A DNA stretch of 64,000 bases from Octopus vulgaris (Eukaryota), in the NCBI GenBank assembly GCA_951406725.2, contig OX597830.1, forward strand, positions 12,648,001 to 12,712,000, written 5' to 3'. Shown here piece by piece: positions 52,652 through 64,000 of the stretch. The translations under genes and the position numbers were made by a program. The notes under the pieces are model-generated. The model was not told where the DNA came from. It saw nothing but the letters and a program-made list of their open reading frames with translations, and made no database searches. The first letter of the stretch is position 1. Every line of letters starts with the position of its first letter.

Positions 52652-53089
52652 TTATATATATATATATACATACATACACATATAGATATGTATATATGTA
52701 TATATATATTTATATATATATACATATACGTAGATATATACCTATATATGTATGCATATATATGTGTATACATTTATACATATATATATATGAATGTGTG
52801 TGTGTGTGTGTGTGTATGTGTGTGTATGCGTGTGTCCGTGTGTGCGTGTGCGTGCGTGCCTGTGAATACATACACACATGTACGGATAAGGAAACGTCAA
52901 AATATGCGTATAAGAACAGCAATTGCTCAGATCGGACCAGGTACCCAAAATCCAACAACGAATCAAGGGAGACAAAGTTCAAGACATGAAGTGGTTCCGT
53001 CTTGAAAACGGAATGAGTTGTTCGTATCATTTAAGCTTGTGTTATTTTATATGCGTTCACAATCAACAGTCTTCTTTACGTATCTCATC

Positions 53090-53494
53090 TTTTATCTCTT
53101 ATTTGTTTCATTAGATTGCGGCCATGCTGTGGCACCGCCTTGAAGATTTTTAATCGAATAAATCGTCCCGCACCCAATACTTTAATTGTTTTTAAGCTTC
53201 GTACTTATTCTATTGATATCTTCAGCTGAACTACTAAGTTACAGAGACGTAAACATACCAACACCGGTTGTCAGGTGGTGATGGGAGACAAAAACAGAAA
53301 CACACACATACATATATGTATGTATGCATGTATGTATGTATGCATGCATGTATGTATGTATGTATGTATGTGGGTATGTATGTATGTATGTATGAATGTA
53401 TGTATGTATGTATGCATGTATGTATGTATGTATGCATGTATGTATGTATGTATGTATGTATGTATGTATGTATGCATGTATGTATGTATGCATG

Positions 53495-53528
<34 letters not shown>

Positions 53529-53566
53529 TGTATGTATGTATGTATGTATGTATGTATGTATGTATG

Positions 53567-53600
<34 letters not shown>

Positions 53601-53765
53601 TGTATGTATGTATGTATGTATGCATGTATGTATGTATGTATGTATGTATGTATGTATGTATGTATGTATGTGTGTATGTATGTATGTATGTGTGTATGTA
53701 TGTATGTGTGTGTTTCTGAACCATGTGGATAGGAGCAAAGTTCTTACCACACAACTTCTGCGCCC
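53090..53765 (-). mobile_element. SINE family B with greatly expanded internal (TATG)n
   Basis: 3' half at 53090-53300, head fragment at 53715-53765, ~400-bp microsatellite between. Confidence 0.75.
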
Positions 53766-53784
53766 ATAAATTTTATCTATCTGC

Positions 53785-53970
53785 CATGATAGGTCGTTAG
53801 CTACTACACACATTTTTTTCTCTCCTTGTTTTTTTCTGTGTATCTTTCTGTAGAAGAGCGTAGGCTCGAAACGTAAAAGACTTTTTCTATTCCTGAGCGT
53901 TATACTAATACATCTGTTTGTTTTGTACACCACCTGTCTTCGTCTTTTGTTTTTTCGTAAACTCTCCCCC
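53785..53970 (+). mobile_element. Family D element
   Basis: Near-identical to 6765-6930 (reverse complement); hammerhead-like motif at 53844-53879. Confidence 0.8.
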
Positions 53971-53973
53971 TAC

Positions 53974-54021
<48 letters not shown>

Positions 54022-54036
54022 TATATATATTTATAT

Positions 54037-54760
54037 CAGTGTCGACTCCGGCACTCGCGCTCTTCGGGCTTAGCCCGAGTATAAATTTACTAAAGTTAAC
54101 GAGTATTTGCAAGCTGCCAACACTAACTTCAATTTAATTTCTGCCAATAACTTGGGCTCCTATTATTGCGCCTGGTCGCAGTTTATTTTCGTTCAGCGTC
54201 TGGCGGTCTTCTTAGAGGTGCCATGTTTCAAAAAATATCATTCGTAGCAGACGTTCTCTTGACATCGTTCACACGCGACTGACTCGGGCTCGAGTTGTTA
54301 TCTATAATCGTAAAAATTAATGTTTCCTTGATACAATAAATTTCTATAGGGATTAGGATTTAAATTCCAACCAATGAAAAGTTTCCGTTCTACAATATTC
54401 TTAATGGAAAAAAAAATATCCAGCAGCTCGGGCTAATACGAACAAGCCTGGTTGGTGTAATGACTAACTAGCAATCTCTTGTCAAGACGTAGGCGATCGG
54501 TGATGTTTGTCAGATCGGTGATATTTGCTGTGCACTCCGCTGTCGTTATTTGATTGCTGTTATTCTGTGCGTCTGTGTGTAAAGATCAATCGTGTTTTAC
54601 AGGGTTGCTTTATTTTTGCCTTTAACTTAGAAATGGCGGAATACATAGTGATAGATGTAAAAAAAAGCCTTTTGGGGCTAGAAATATTGCGGAAAAACAT
54701 GAAATTCTTCGAGCAAGCATGTGACTTATGCGAAATCTGTGATGAGTCCGAGTGACGCTG
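54037..54760. mobile_element. Non-autonomous hAT-type element/MITE
   Basis: Imperfect TIRs CAGTGTCGACTCCGGCACTC / GAGTCCGAGTGACGCTG; flanks ATTTATAT / ATATATAT (7/8 TSD, low complexity). Confidence 0.55.
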
Positions 54761-54769
54761 ATATATATA

Positions 54770-54835
<66 letters not shown>

Positions 54836-54864
54836 CAGCAGCAGCAGCAGCAGCAGTAGCAGTT

Positions 54865-54953
<89 letters not shown>

Positions 54954-54999
54954 GGTGGTGGTGGTGGTGGTGGTGGTGGTGGTAGTAGTAGTAGTAGTA
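54770..54999. repeat. Compound (TAG)/(CAG)/(TGG) microsatellite
   Basis: Direct tandem runs. Confidence 0.96.
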
Positions 55000-55448
55000 A
55001 ACGGTAAATGATTTTATTTTTCATTCCCTTCGAAATTGCTCTTAACTGTGGTTTGGACTTTTTGACCGTTCCTTCTAGTAAGTAAGGCGATCTGTTAAGG
55101 CTCGTCCCTTTGTGTTTAAATGTACACTAATTTTTATATGAAAAATATGTCTATTGACTTTGTATGCATGCTAGGCAACAGGTAGAAAAACATTCTATAA
55201 TTTTTCCTACCCTATATTAATTTTAAGAAATGATTTTAGTAATATCTGAACTTTAATCAGAATTTTTATCTGCTGCCGATTGAAACTGCGCTTGCGCGTA
55301 GGATTTGAAAAATTATAATATATATAAGGATGAGACACGTGTTATTTTGTCTCTAAATTATATGTTAATGTTTTGGCGTATCCGCTGATGAGAACTTTGC
55401 CTTGCTAATTATTTTATTTGCTAATTTATTTCTTTATTACCCATAGAG

Positions 55449-55546
55449 AGATGTTTTATAAACACATTCTACCAGTATACGAAGTTTCAAATTTTTTAGT
55501 TACCTAGAAATTATGTTAAAAACTGCAGTTCAAACCGAAAAAATCC
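55449..55546. mobile_element. Right-end fragment of the GGATC MITE
   Basis: Matches 12750-12848. Confidence 0.85.
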
Positions 55547-55549
55547 GTT

Positions 55550-56321
55550 CTTTTTCCAAAGGTAGTATATATGTTTTGCGAAAGAAATATAAGGTAGCGT
55601 ATATGTTCTGCGAGAGTAATATATTTTTCATATTCCAATGAGTTTAAATGCGCAGAATATCTTTGCTTGAAATTAATAGTCGCTCCATTAAAAATCTTAG
55701 TGGAGTTTTGGAATGTTTTTTTTTTTAAGGACCGTGCACTCATAAACGATATCAAACCTCTTGCTTCGAGCTAGTAGCGGGAAGTTATCCCGAATTTTGG
55801 AGTTATAATTGGATCTGTTTGATTTACGAGTTTCCCCCATCCCCCGCTAAGTGAAAGAGAGTATGCATGATCAGAGGATGTATGATGGTTTGAGCCAGTT
55901 CTTTCCGGTCCGTTCTCCATCGTTTTCGAGGTCATTTATGCTGTCATTGTAAGTATTGATAATAGAAAACATAGATGTTCTTGACTCATGGGAGAAATTA
56001 AATTGTCGCTGTTGCTGGTAGAAACCCTATTATTGCAATTAGGATTACTGATGTTGTTACCATTATTACTATTATTAATATTACTATCATTATCAAAAGT
56101 ATTATTACTGCTATTATTAGTGTTATTATTATTATTACTAGTACTATTACAATCATCACGATATGTAGTAATATTACTAGCAGCACCACCACCACCATGT
56201 TATATTCACATTAATGTTAGTATTCTGGTTATTTTTATAGTTTCTATTATTACGATTAGTAGTAATATTATTATAGTTATAGCTATTATAATCATAATCA
56301 TCTTCCTCCTCCTCCTCCTCC

Positions 56322-56381
<60 letters not shown>

Positions 56382-56900
56382 CCACCACCATTATTATTAT
56401 TTTCGTTAGTAGTGGATGGTAAGTGACGTATATTAAGCTTGCGCTTATTAGATGCGGCTATGTTGGATTCGATGCTAGGTGAAGTGGAATGGCATAATTT
56501 AAGGGTAGATCGGTTAAAGATAGAGTGGTACTTATGGTGGGGGGGGGGGGTAAATTAGATTTGATAATGGCAAATAATTGCTGAGGTAGACCCTTAACAT
56601 TTAAGGAGAAGGGAATGTGTACCAAAGTAGAGTTCTTCTCCAATTTTTATTAATCTGGTTGGGGTTGCAGAGTTCGGTTTTCTAGTGGATATTAAGGATA
56701 CATTTCCATTTAGAGAATTACATTTTGCATGAGTTTTTGGGTGGTGTAGGAGAGGCGGTTGGATATGCCCAGTAAGCTGTTTATTATGGGTGGAGTGTTC
56801 TATCTATTGCAGGGAATGTTATAGTCGTAGTTTGTGGGCGCGTAGAATTATGATATAATTGAGCTAGATAGTTCTTAAGCTTAGTATTAGACAAGAATTT
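55550..56900 (-). mobile_element. Penelope-like remnant interrupted by low-complexity DNA
   Basis: FNGATINFKQRYSAH..LAEHIRYL (GIY-YIG-like) and HIPFSLNVK..LFAIIK (PLE linker-like). Confidence 0.5.
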
Positions 56901-57449
56901 TATTTTTTATGAGAAACCGCTGACGGCAAATGCATGATTATTATTAGTGGCGTGGTTATTAAATATTTCCTCCGTTGCATACAGATCACAAACAATAATA
57001 GAGATACCCTTAATCACGTTTCTAAAAACACATCTATGGTGATTGGAATAAACTTTGAGCACTTTGGATATTCATTAGGCTTATGGTACGGAGAATATAA
57101 CGAAGAGTTTAAATCCGTTACGTCGAGGAAATTGGTTATTTTATTGGTATTCTAAAATGCAATAGACTAAAAATTGATTAAAAAAAACTTATGCTGGGCC
57201 TTTCTGGTTTTCTCAAGAGATGGTTTGGAGAAACCGGTAATGACCAGGAGAGCATCATCGCGATGCAGTCCATTGTGGGTTGCAGGAAAGTGCATGCGAT
57301 GTTGCTGGATGAGCTAAAGCAAAACGATGTCTGTGACCTGAGCCGAGTCTGGGGAACCCATTGTTATATCGAAGAAACCATCATTAAATTCTCTACAGCA
57401 GAGTTTGTTATTGAAGGTAATATTTGATCCCTTCTCAAGACCCGAATTC

Positions 57450-60400
57450 ACTCGTGTGACCTCAGAGTTTCCTTCTTGACTAGCTCACACTTAGAGCAAA
57501 AAAAGAAGCAACCGACAAATTCTTTTTATTTTTTGTGATTAAAAAGTAAAATTTTCGTCCATTTATCCATGTAAATGCTTTAAAATTTAATTTTAAATAT
57601 TGTAATTTATATAAAATTCCTGCTCTACTTTCCCGGTCTTTGCAACATGAAGCTTCGCAGATTAGAATATTATCATTCTCGGAAAAGAGAAACCAAAGTT
57701 TGAAACGAAAATCAAAACCAAAGTGGGCAGCAATGAATGTTATCATTATTTTAAATCCAAGTATTTTGAACAGTGTGAGTAAATGATAGCATGTCTCATT
57801 CTGAACAATTTTGCTGTTTCCCGTATCTGTTATTTTTTCAGAACACGTGAACAACTACTGGCTACTGCAATTTGCCTTATTTGATTGCAGCTTTGACAAA
57901 ACACAAACATCTCAGAACCATCAGAATTCCGTAATTGCTCTGAACACCTTTGGCCAACAATGAATTGATGCAGCAATCGATCAGAGGAAACATGCTTCGA
58001 TTCAGTTGCATAATAGATCAGTCGAAAAAAATCCGTATATATTGAAAAAGTTAATTCGTTTTACTGAAATTTTGGCTTGTCAAGAATGATCATTCGGAAG
58101 ACATGATGAACCAGAAGAATCAAACATTAAGGGTAATTTTCTGGATATATGTGAAGCAGTAGCGAAATACCATAACTGTTTAAGATATCATTTAGATTTA
58201 GTGAAGAAAAATGCTAACTGCACATTTTCTAGAAGTTCAAGTGATTTTCAAAAGTAAATCGTTTAACTGAATAGCTGCTACAAGTGAAGGTGAAATTAAG
58301 GTTATGATCGGAAAAAAAACAGCATTTACTGCTCTTATATTATATTATATATTATATTATATATTATATATATAGACCTTCGAATTAAATCGCAATTGTT
58401 ACACGGTTTGCGATTTGTAGATAAGAAAGAAAAGCCTCAAGAATGGTTTGGGGGAAAACAAAAAAGCTGTATCACAGACAGAAGTTCGAAAGTTTATTAA
58501 TCAATTCAAATGTGGCCATATATTCCTCACACAAATTTATGATGGAGCGAGCATGATGGCTGGGCATTTGAAAAGAGTGCAAACAAGAACAAAGGAGATT
58601 TTGGTGCGAATGTCGTATTTGTACATTGTTATTCACATTCACTTAATCTGGTTTTGTCTCAATCAACTTCAAGTATTCGTGAACGTCCATGTTTTCTTCC
58701 AAACTTTGAAATGAATTTCAACTTTTTTCTCAAAGTCGACGGCTTGAAGAGCCCTACTTGATGAAATCGTTGGAAGGTGATTTCCAATGATACCCGAGAC
58801 ACATTGAAAGTATTCATCTCGACATGTATCCATTATCAACCGAGCACTTCAGAAGTTGCACGGTCAAGGGGATTCATTGCAATCCTAGATTTTCAGTTTA
58901 ATTTTTTTTGTGGCTTTTGAAACCATATTGAGTGACTCGGAGATTCTGTTTTCGATTCTTCAAAAAAAGTTCGCTTGATATTTCGAGGTGTATTCGTGAG
59001 TTTGAGAACTTCAAAAACAATCGGTTGATATTGTCACGTCAGGTGTAATTGTATTAATTATAGTGTATATTGCAGACAGAACCAAAACTCTTGAGTATTT
59101 AACATCAGATTTATTTAAGGGAACGCTGAACATGAATACGTACTTAAATTACCAATTCCTCACTGGACTAGGGTATGGGGATCGACTTAACTGTGATTGC
59201 TCGGTCATTAGTTATCTTCAAAAAGCGAGACCGCCGAATGTTATTGAAGCTTTGTCCTTGGTTTGCTTGGAGAGTTCAATTAGTTTCTTTTCGGCAAATT
59301 TAGCGATTATTTTGGTATAAAATTTATCAGCACTATGCTCTGTCTTCATCTTCTTTACAAGGTTTTTATTCATGGAAACGAAGACCAAATTAACCCAATC
59401 TCTCTTCCCTTTGAGAACATCCCATACCTTTATTTACGCACTTTAATGAAGAAAGCGATTTCTCGCGTGAGGAATTGTGTTTCCTTCGAAAGCTATGAGA
59501 ATTCTGGTTGATTTCTAGCGCTAAACTGCTTAACTGGAAAAAAAAGTGTTAATCTCAAGAATATTTGAGATGATGTTCTAACTGGTTGTCTGATCTCCTA
59601 CAAACCGATTAGTCGAAAAAATAATGTTCACATTAAGATTGACTGCCCCAACTGTGGTTCACTCATGATTGTGAACAGATAATTTGGTGAAAAGGGTCTA
59701 AATCTTAAGGTTCACTACAACATTAAGAAGAACGCGTTTGAAGAATTTTATTGCCGGATTCTGGATGGTTTCGCTGAACTGCCAGAGAATCGTAGGTGAC
59801 AAAAGCTGTTTTAAGAAATGTGTTTAACATTTTTCATGGAGTTATTGTTCACTTTGAGCAAAGATTTAAAACTCTATTGTTTTAAAAATTTGAGTTTGGA
59901 TTTTTTGAATCGTTGAATCCGATGCTTTTTCACGTTTACAAAAAAATTTTCGATGGAAGCGTTTTCATCATTGGATGTCTGTAAAAACATATTGAATTTA
60001 GATGGATTTAAGTGCGAGCTGAAATCAATTTATGCTACAGATTTTGCGAAGCAAGTGTCAAACATCCTAGAAGTCACTGACATAACACAGGAGCTAGAAC
60101 TAAATCAAGATCTGGCCGAATTAGCAAAATTACTACATCTCACTCTGACAGTATCTGCCACATCTGCTTCCTGTGAGAAATTGCTTTCTTCACTAAAGCG
60201 AGTAAATAAAGATATGAGGTATTTCTCAAAGAGAAGCGATATTGGGTAATTTGGTCTTCATTTCCATGAATAAAGGCTTTTTGAAGAAGATGAAGGCAGA
60301 ACGTTGTGCTGATACGTTTTATGACAAAGTAATCGATGAATTTGCTAAAAAGAAACGAATTGAGCTGATTTAAAAATAAATTTTAAATAGGTGCAGGAGT

Positions 60401-61054
60401 GGCTGTGTGGTAAGTAGCTTGCTTACCGACCACATGGTTCAGGGTTCAGTCCCACTGCGTGGCACCTTGGGCAAGTGTCTTCTACTATAGCCTCGGGCCG
60501 ACCAAAGCCTTGTGAGTGGATTTGGTAGACGGAAACTGAAAGAAGCCCGTTGTATATATGTATATATGTATGTGTGTGTCTGTGTTTGTGTGTCTGTGTT
60601 TGTGTGTCTGTGTTTGTCCTCCCAACATCGCTTGACAACCGATGCTTGTGTGTTTACGTCCCTGTAACTTAGCGGTTCGGCAAAAGAGACCGATAGAATA
60701 AGTACTAGGCTTACAAAGAATAAGCCCTGGGGTCGATTTGCTCGACTAGAGGTGGTGCTCCAGCATGGCCACAGTCAAATAACTGAAACCAGTAAAAGAG
60801 TAAAAGAGCTCATTAGTTGTAGGTTCCATTCTTTTCTTAGATTTCTCTTCGTCGCCAGGATATTGCTAATGAGGAACATCAAGTCCAGTGGAGTGGGACA
60901 TCAGCCCCAAGTGTAGCCTGTTGGCAGAAGCGCATTTTCTTAAACTAAAATTAGTTCATATCACATTCAAGATGAAGTGGGGAGACGAATAGCTTTTGTT
61001 AAGGGGGAGAGTAATGACCCCACTACCCCACTCTCTGCTTTAGCGACTACCCTG
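57450..61054 (+). mobile_element. Decayed hAT-Tip100/ZMYM1-like transposon with nested insertions
   Basis: LACQE*SFGRHDE..KGNFL; QIYDGASMMAG; YVHCYSHSLNLVL; hATC LTVSATSASCEKLLSSLKRV; possible right end GCGACTACCCTG. Left end not resolved. Confidence 0.75.
60390..60810 (+). mobile_element. SINE family B, full length
   Basis: Complete head, CORE-like domain, microsatellite and GTAAAAGAGTAAAAGAG tail. Confidence 0.92.
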
Positions 61055-61208
61055 CATCATGGACTTCATGTGCTAGTTTCCCAAATGACCCTTATATATA
61101 TATAGATGTATATATATAGATGTACATGTATACATGCATATGTATAGCAGTATATGTATACATGTATATGTATAGATGTATTTCTATAGATATACATGTA
61201 TATGTATA

Positions 61209-61256
<48 letters not shown>

Positions 61257-61346
61257 TGTACACATATATATATATACAAATATATACATGCGTACATATA
61301 TACACCCATACACACATACCCCCCCCCCACACACACACACATACAT

Positions 61347-61509
61347 AGGTGCAGGTGTGGCTGTGTGGTAACAAACTTGGTTCCAAAACACATGGTTCTC
61401 AGTTCAGTCCCACTGTGTGGTAACTTGGCATATGTCTTCTGCTATAGCCTCAAACCAACCAAAGACTTGTCAGTGAATTTTGTAGGCAGAAACTGAAAGA
61501 AATCAATTG

Positions 61510-61544
<35 letters not shown>

Positions 61545-61830
61545 GTAAGTCTATGTGTGTGTCTTTGTGTTTCTCCCTCATCACTGCTTCACAACTGGTG
61601 TTCGTTTATTTACATCTCCATAACTTACTGGTTTCACAAGGAGAAACTCATAGAATAAGTACCAGGCTTATCAAAATATTAAAAAAGCACTACGCAGCGT
61701 CTCATATTTTTGTTTACCCACTCAGTTGTATCTATCAATGTATCTTTATGTGTGTGTATGGATTTCGTAGACAGGAACTGAAACAAATCAATCGTATATA
61801 TATGTGTATGTATATATGTAAGTGTATGTG
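61347..61830 (+). mobile_element. Diverged SINE family B copies
   Basis: Consensus match at 61347-61680, plus a partial copy at 61750-61830. Confidence 0.78.
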
Positions 61831-61831
61831 T

Positions 61832-62580
61832 TTTGGTATTGGCAACATAAATGACAATGGTCAAAGACTACTTGAATTTTGCACATACCATAACCTGTGC
61901 ATCACCAACACATTCCTTGCCGACAAAACATCCCACAAGGCATCTTGGAGACATCCATTATCTCACCACTGGCATCAGCTGGATCTCATCATTACACAAA
62001 GATCCTTTCTGAATTCTGTTCAACTGACCTGTAGTTACCACAGCGCGGATTGTGACACAGATCATTCACTAATAAGAAGCAGGGGGAGGATTCTGCCTAA
62101 CAAAGTCCATCACTCTAAGAAAATGACCCGACCACGCATTAACACTTCCAGAACCTCGGACCCTACACTGCGAAAATGTTTTGCTGTTTCTATCAAGGTT
62201 GCCCTCAGTAGCTGCCCAACCTCCTCTGCTGAAAGTAGGTGGAATTATATTAGGAAAGCTTTGTATACTACATCAATAGATACTTTCGGCATGAGAGAAA
62301 GGCAAAAGTCAGACTGGTTCAGTGCTGGGCTCTCAGAGCTGGAAACAATTATCGAAGCAAAGCGTGCAGCTCTGATGCAATACAAGAGTGATTCTTCTAC
62401 AAAGTCACTCGAAGTACTCAGAAAGGCAAGAAATAAAACCCAACTGACTGACAGACGCTGTGCAAATAGGTATTGGCAGGAAATCTGTCAGAGTATCCAG
62501 TCAGCTGCTGACAGTGGCGACACCCGTGGGATGTATGCCTGTTTGAAGAAGGCCCTCGGTCCATCCGCAGCCAAATCAGC
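61832..62580 (+). mobile_element. RTE-BovB-type LINE (APE endonuclease C-terminus and linker), open frame running into the gap
   Basis: FGIGNINDNGQRLLEFC..LCITNTF..SWRHP.SHHWHQLDLII..SADCDTDHSLI; DWF..; RRCANRYW..SIQSAADSGDTRGMY. Confidence 0.92.
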
Positions 62581-62680
62581 NNNNNNNNNNNNNNNNNNNN
62601 NNNNNNNNNNNNNNNNNNNNNNNNNNNNNNNNNNNNNNNNNNNNNNNNNNNNNNNNNNNNNNNNNNNNNNNNNNNNNNNN
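62581..62680. other. Assembly gap (100 N)
   Basis: Run of N. Confidence 1.
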
Positions 62681-62863
62681 TCATATATACTGTTTATGCA
62701 TGTGCATGCATGTGCGTGTGTATGTATGTATGTATATAAATTTAATCGAAAAACAATTCAATTTAAAATTATAGTCACTCCTCAGGTCAACAATAATAAC
62801 AATAATAGTTAAATAAATAAGCTGATAGAATTAAACAATATTTCTGAACAAAATAAAATCATG

Positions 62864-63104
62864 ATTGTTCTTATAGAAGAAACTCCATTAACTAAATTTG
62901 AAACATTAGGACCAGGTGCCTATAATAATAATATGAATTCTCATCAATTAAAGTAACTATATAATTTAAATTCGAATTACAATAAGTAAATAAATAAATT
63001 ACTCATTATTACTTAAACATTTAACATGATAAATGTATTATAGGCACCTGGTCCTAATGTTTTAAGTTTCAAATTTAGTTAATGGAGTTTCTTCTATAAG
63101 AACA

Positions 63105-63106
<2 letters not shown>
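62864..63106. repeat. Inverted repeat (64/71-bp arms, ~108-bp spacer)
   Basis: 62864-62927 is the reverse complement of 63036-63106 except for a 7-nt indel. Confidence 0.9.
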
Positions 63107-63143
<37 letters not shown>

Positions 63144-63472
63144 TCATTGATGACAGAGAAAATGTTTCGTAACTTAGACATGTAAATAATGTATATTATT
63201 ACATTTAATAATAAATAAATTGCTTATATGTTTGTATTAATACAAAATGCAAAAAAAAATCTTCAAAATAATGCAGAATTTAAACTGTCACGATATTAGA
63301 ATTTTCTTATTTTTAAATACAATTTCACCAAACTATTTCTCTGTCATTTGTAAATTTATACACTTCCCATCATTTTCTCTTGCATCGTACTATATATTCT
63401 TTGTAGAATGATACATTAAGGAGCTTTTTGTGAGTACTACCAGATTACTGGAATCCATAAATTGTGACTTAA

Positions 63473-63539
<67 letters not shown>

Positions 63540-63540
<1 letters not shown>

Positions 63541-63705
63541 GCCATGATAGATCTTTGGCCACTACACACATTTTTTTCTCCTTGTTTTTTCTGTGTACCT
63601 TTCTGTAGAAGAGCGTAGGCTCGAAAAGTAAATAACTTTTTCTATTCCTGAGCGTTATACTAATACACCACCTGTCTTCGTCTTTTGTTTTTTTTCGTAA
63701 ACTTT
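63540..63705 (+). mobile_element. Family D element
   Basis: Near-identical to 53785-53970; flanked by (TA)n and (TACA)n. Confidence 0.8.
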
Positions 63706-63726
63706 CTATATACATACATACATACA

Positions 63727-63815
<89 letters not shown>

Positions 63816-64000
63816 ACAAAGATGTACAGGTGTAAATTCATAACGGCCGTTTCAAGCGACTTCTTTAATTGATTACATCATTGCAAAGAAACCGTTTTCG
63901 GCAGATGACTGCATAGACTTCAAACACAATGGACAAACCAATTACTTTAATATATTCGTATCACCAAAAGAGCTCAAATGTTTACATTGATTCTGCTGCT

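Noticed and set aside
55988-56422. Hydrophobic membrane-protein-like ORF
   Set aside because: It is decayed ATT/ATC/CTC low-complexity sequence.
56945-56960. Left TIR of the Tip100-like hAT
   Set aside because: Similarity to the right end is weak and there is no matching 8-bp TSD.
61517-61831. N-terminal part of the 431-aa ORF
   Set aside because: It is chance read-through of SINE B and microsatellite sequence into the RTE frame; the C-terminal part crosses Ns.

Overview
This is an AT-rich, microsatellite-saturated eukaryotic intronic or intergenic window. It is most likely from an octopus: the dominant tRNA-derived SINEs resemble octopus SINE families, recognised from memory rather than by a search. 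No host protein-coding exon can be supported; nearly all ORF-track entries are microsatellite or repeat artefacts. The window is a graveyard of transposable elements. These include at least five SINE families, R4/Dong-, RTE- and Tx1/L1-type LINE fragments, Penelope-like (GIY-YIG) remnants, mariner, Tigger and hAT DNA transposons, MITEs and Helitron/Helentron derivatives, plus a 100-N gap at 62581-62680. Five observations stand out: (1) a SINE subfamily carries the 3' tail of a Tx1-like LINE found in the same window and repeatedly inserts into its own parent SINE family; (2) a type I hammerhead fold sits in a ~350-bp tandem/foldback unit (retrozyme-like); (3) a family of short, mostly (TA)n-embedded elements carries minimal hammerhead motifs; (4) an HDV-like ribozyme fold is present; (5) there are many local inverted duplications. 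Coordinates were read by eye and are approximate unless a TSD or TIR is quoted.
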